A stretch of 52,967 nt of DNA from Phoronis australis (Eukaryota; Animalia; Phoronida). Made by a program: the position numbers and the translations under genes. Below are positions 51,593-52,967 of the stretch, one piece after another; the first letter of the stretch is position 1, and every line of letters starts with the position of its first letter. The notes under the pieces are model-generated. The model was not told the origin of the DNA. It searched no databases and saw nothing but the letters and a program-made list of their open reading frames with translations. The stretch is taken from positions 173,597-226,563 of the forward strand of contig NMRA01000644.1 of assembly GCA_002633005.1 (NCBI GenBank). The letters run 5' to 3'.

Positions 51593-52465
51593 AGATAATA
51601 GCATTAACATGACTTTCGTTTTGTGACTTTACAATGATGTTCTTTCAAAACATATGCATGAAAATCACATCCACAACAGACAGATGTCAGATGTTAGCTT
51701 AAGTAATTGCAAAATCCTCTTATTGCTACAGAACTGTAATAAACAACTCCAATAATTAAGATTACATTACCTGTTTACTGAGCACAGCATCCACCACATT
51801 TAGGAGACTACCAGCTGACAGCAAAGCACAATCATAGCTCTCCTGGAGATAGAAAACACATTATTGCACTATATACAGGTGACACATCATTGCACAATAC
51901 CTTAGTAATTTGCATATGTCAATCAATGTTGCTATAAACACGCCTCCAGTAAAAATAACTTTGCTTTAGACCACTTTCAACTTGTTCCATTCTCACACTA
52001 GAGGGGGCTTCTAAGCCTGGAAAGAATGATTCAGAACTATTTGTTACAACTTGATAGCAGGCCCAACAAGTTGGTTTGTCACTTTGTGTGCAGAGGATGT
52101 CCTCAGACAATAATGAGCGGTCAATTCATTACAAGTTCTTGAACTAGTCTTATAAAGTAAGGAACAAGTTAAGGCCAGGTTATTCATGTAGGGAACTGGT
52201 ATTTAAACAAACATTTATTTGTCTGTTTGATGGAATGGAACTTAAAACAACTCCAGTACAACTCATACGAAACCGGACAAAGCACTGTCTCCGTGTGACG
52301 ATGGTCAATTCTACCTGCAGATTTATTTTCCCCCCAATTCCAGCTGCAACTATGCACAACCTGTAAAGTATAGCCCTATACTAGAAGCAGGCTTACAAGT
52401 CAAGTCCTTTTCCACTGAGCAAATCGCAGTCTAATGACATCATGCCTTACTTATAATATGGACAT

Positions 52466-52756
52466 GAGGTATATGAATGGTTGACTTACAGGCAGGAGGT
52501 ATATGAATGGTTGACTTACAGGCAGGAGGAATGTGAATTGNNNNNNNNNGTTGACTTACAGGCAGGAGGTACGTGAATTGTTGACTTACAGGCAGGAGGT
52601 ATGTGACTTGTTGACTTACAGGCAGGAGGTATGTGAATTGTTGACTTACAGGCAGGAGGTATGTGAATTGTTGACTTACAGGCAGGAGGTATATGAATTG
52701 TTGACTTTCAGGCAGGAGGTATATGAATGGTTGACTTACAGGCAGGAGGTATATGG
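52466..52756. repeat. 30-bp minisatellite spanning an assembly gap
   Basis: TTGACTTACAGGCAGGAGGTATGTGAATTG, about 9 copies; N run at 52541-52549. Confidence 0.92.
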
Positions 52757-52967
52757 ATGTGAACTTTGAGGCTATCTGAAACAGCTCCCTGGGCTTGGTG
52801 TGGGAAAATGATTCGACTTCTTCAATGTATGATTGGCTGTAGGAAGAGAAGGAGAATTATGGTGAGGAAGGTAGTGAAATCTAGGCCCAAGATTAACACT
52901 CTCAAAGCCAGACATTCACAATAATAGATAAACTCTTAAAGCCAGACATCCAATACTAGATACCTGA

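Noticed and set aside
50890-52110. Faint RTE-type LINE remnants (e.g. QVESGLKQ on the minus strand)
   Set aside because: Too short and degenerate to call without a profile search.
52533-52769. Repetitive ORF (LTYRQEVCEL)n, and ORFs over 33737-33973 and 51391-51626
   Set aside because: Translations of minisatellites whose unit lengths are multiples of 3; no splice or start context.

Overview
AT-rich, repeat-dense, intron-containing eukaryotic DNA, probably from an invertebrate (mollusc/lophotrochozoan-like is an inference only). Most ORF-track entries are spurious or exon fragments. Main contents: (1) a structurally complete ~6.3-kb ISL2EU-type (PIF/Harbinger-related) DNA transposon at 2546-8806, with convergent spliced genes for a THAP-DDE transposase and a SAP-SWIM-YqaJ exonuclease; (2) a decayed Sola3-like transposon at 9332-14070; (3) a small secreted CS-alpha/beta defensin-like gene on the minus strand that the ORF track misses, in which ONE signal/pro-peptide exon (22330-22411) can splice in frame to EITHER of two tandemly duplicated, strongly diverged mature-peptide exons (20941-21062, 20073-20191); (4) a 2.7-kb fold-back structure carrying tRNA-like heads; (5) relics of Penelope-like, Academ-like and Kolobok-like elements, MITEs, SINEs and satellites; (6) a decayed spliced SGNH-hydrolase gene inside a ~6-kb inverted-repeat-bounded interval with a hairpin at one end. 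All gene models are manual translations and splice-site readings; no database searches were run.
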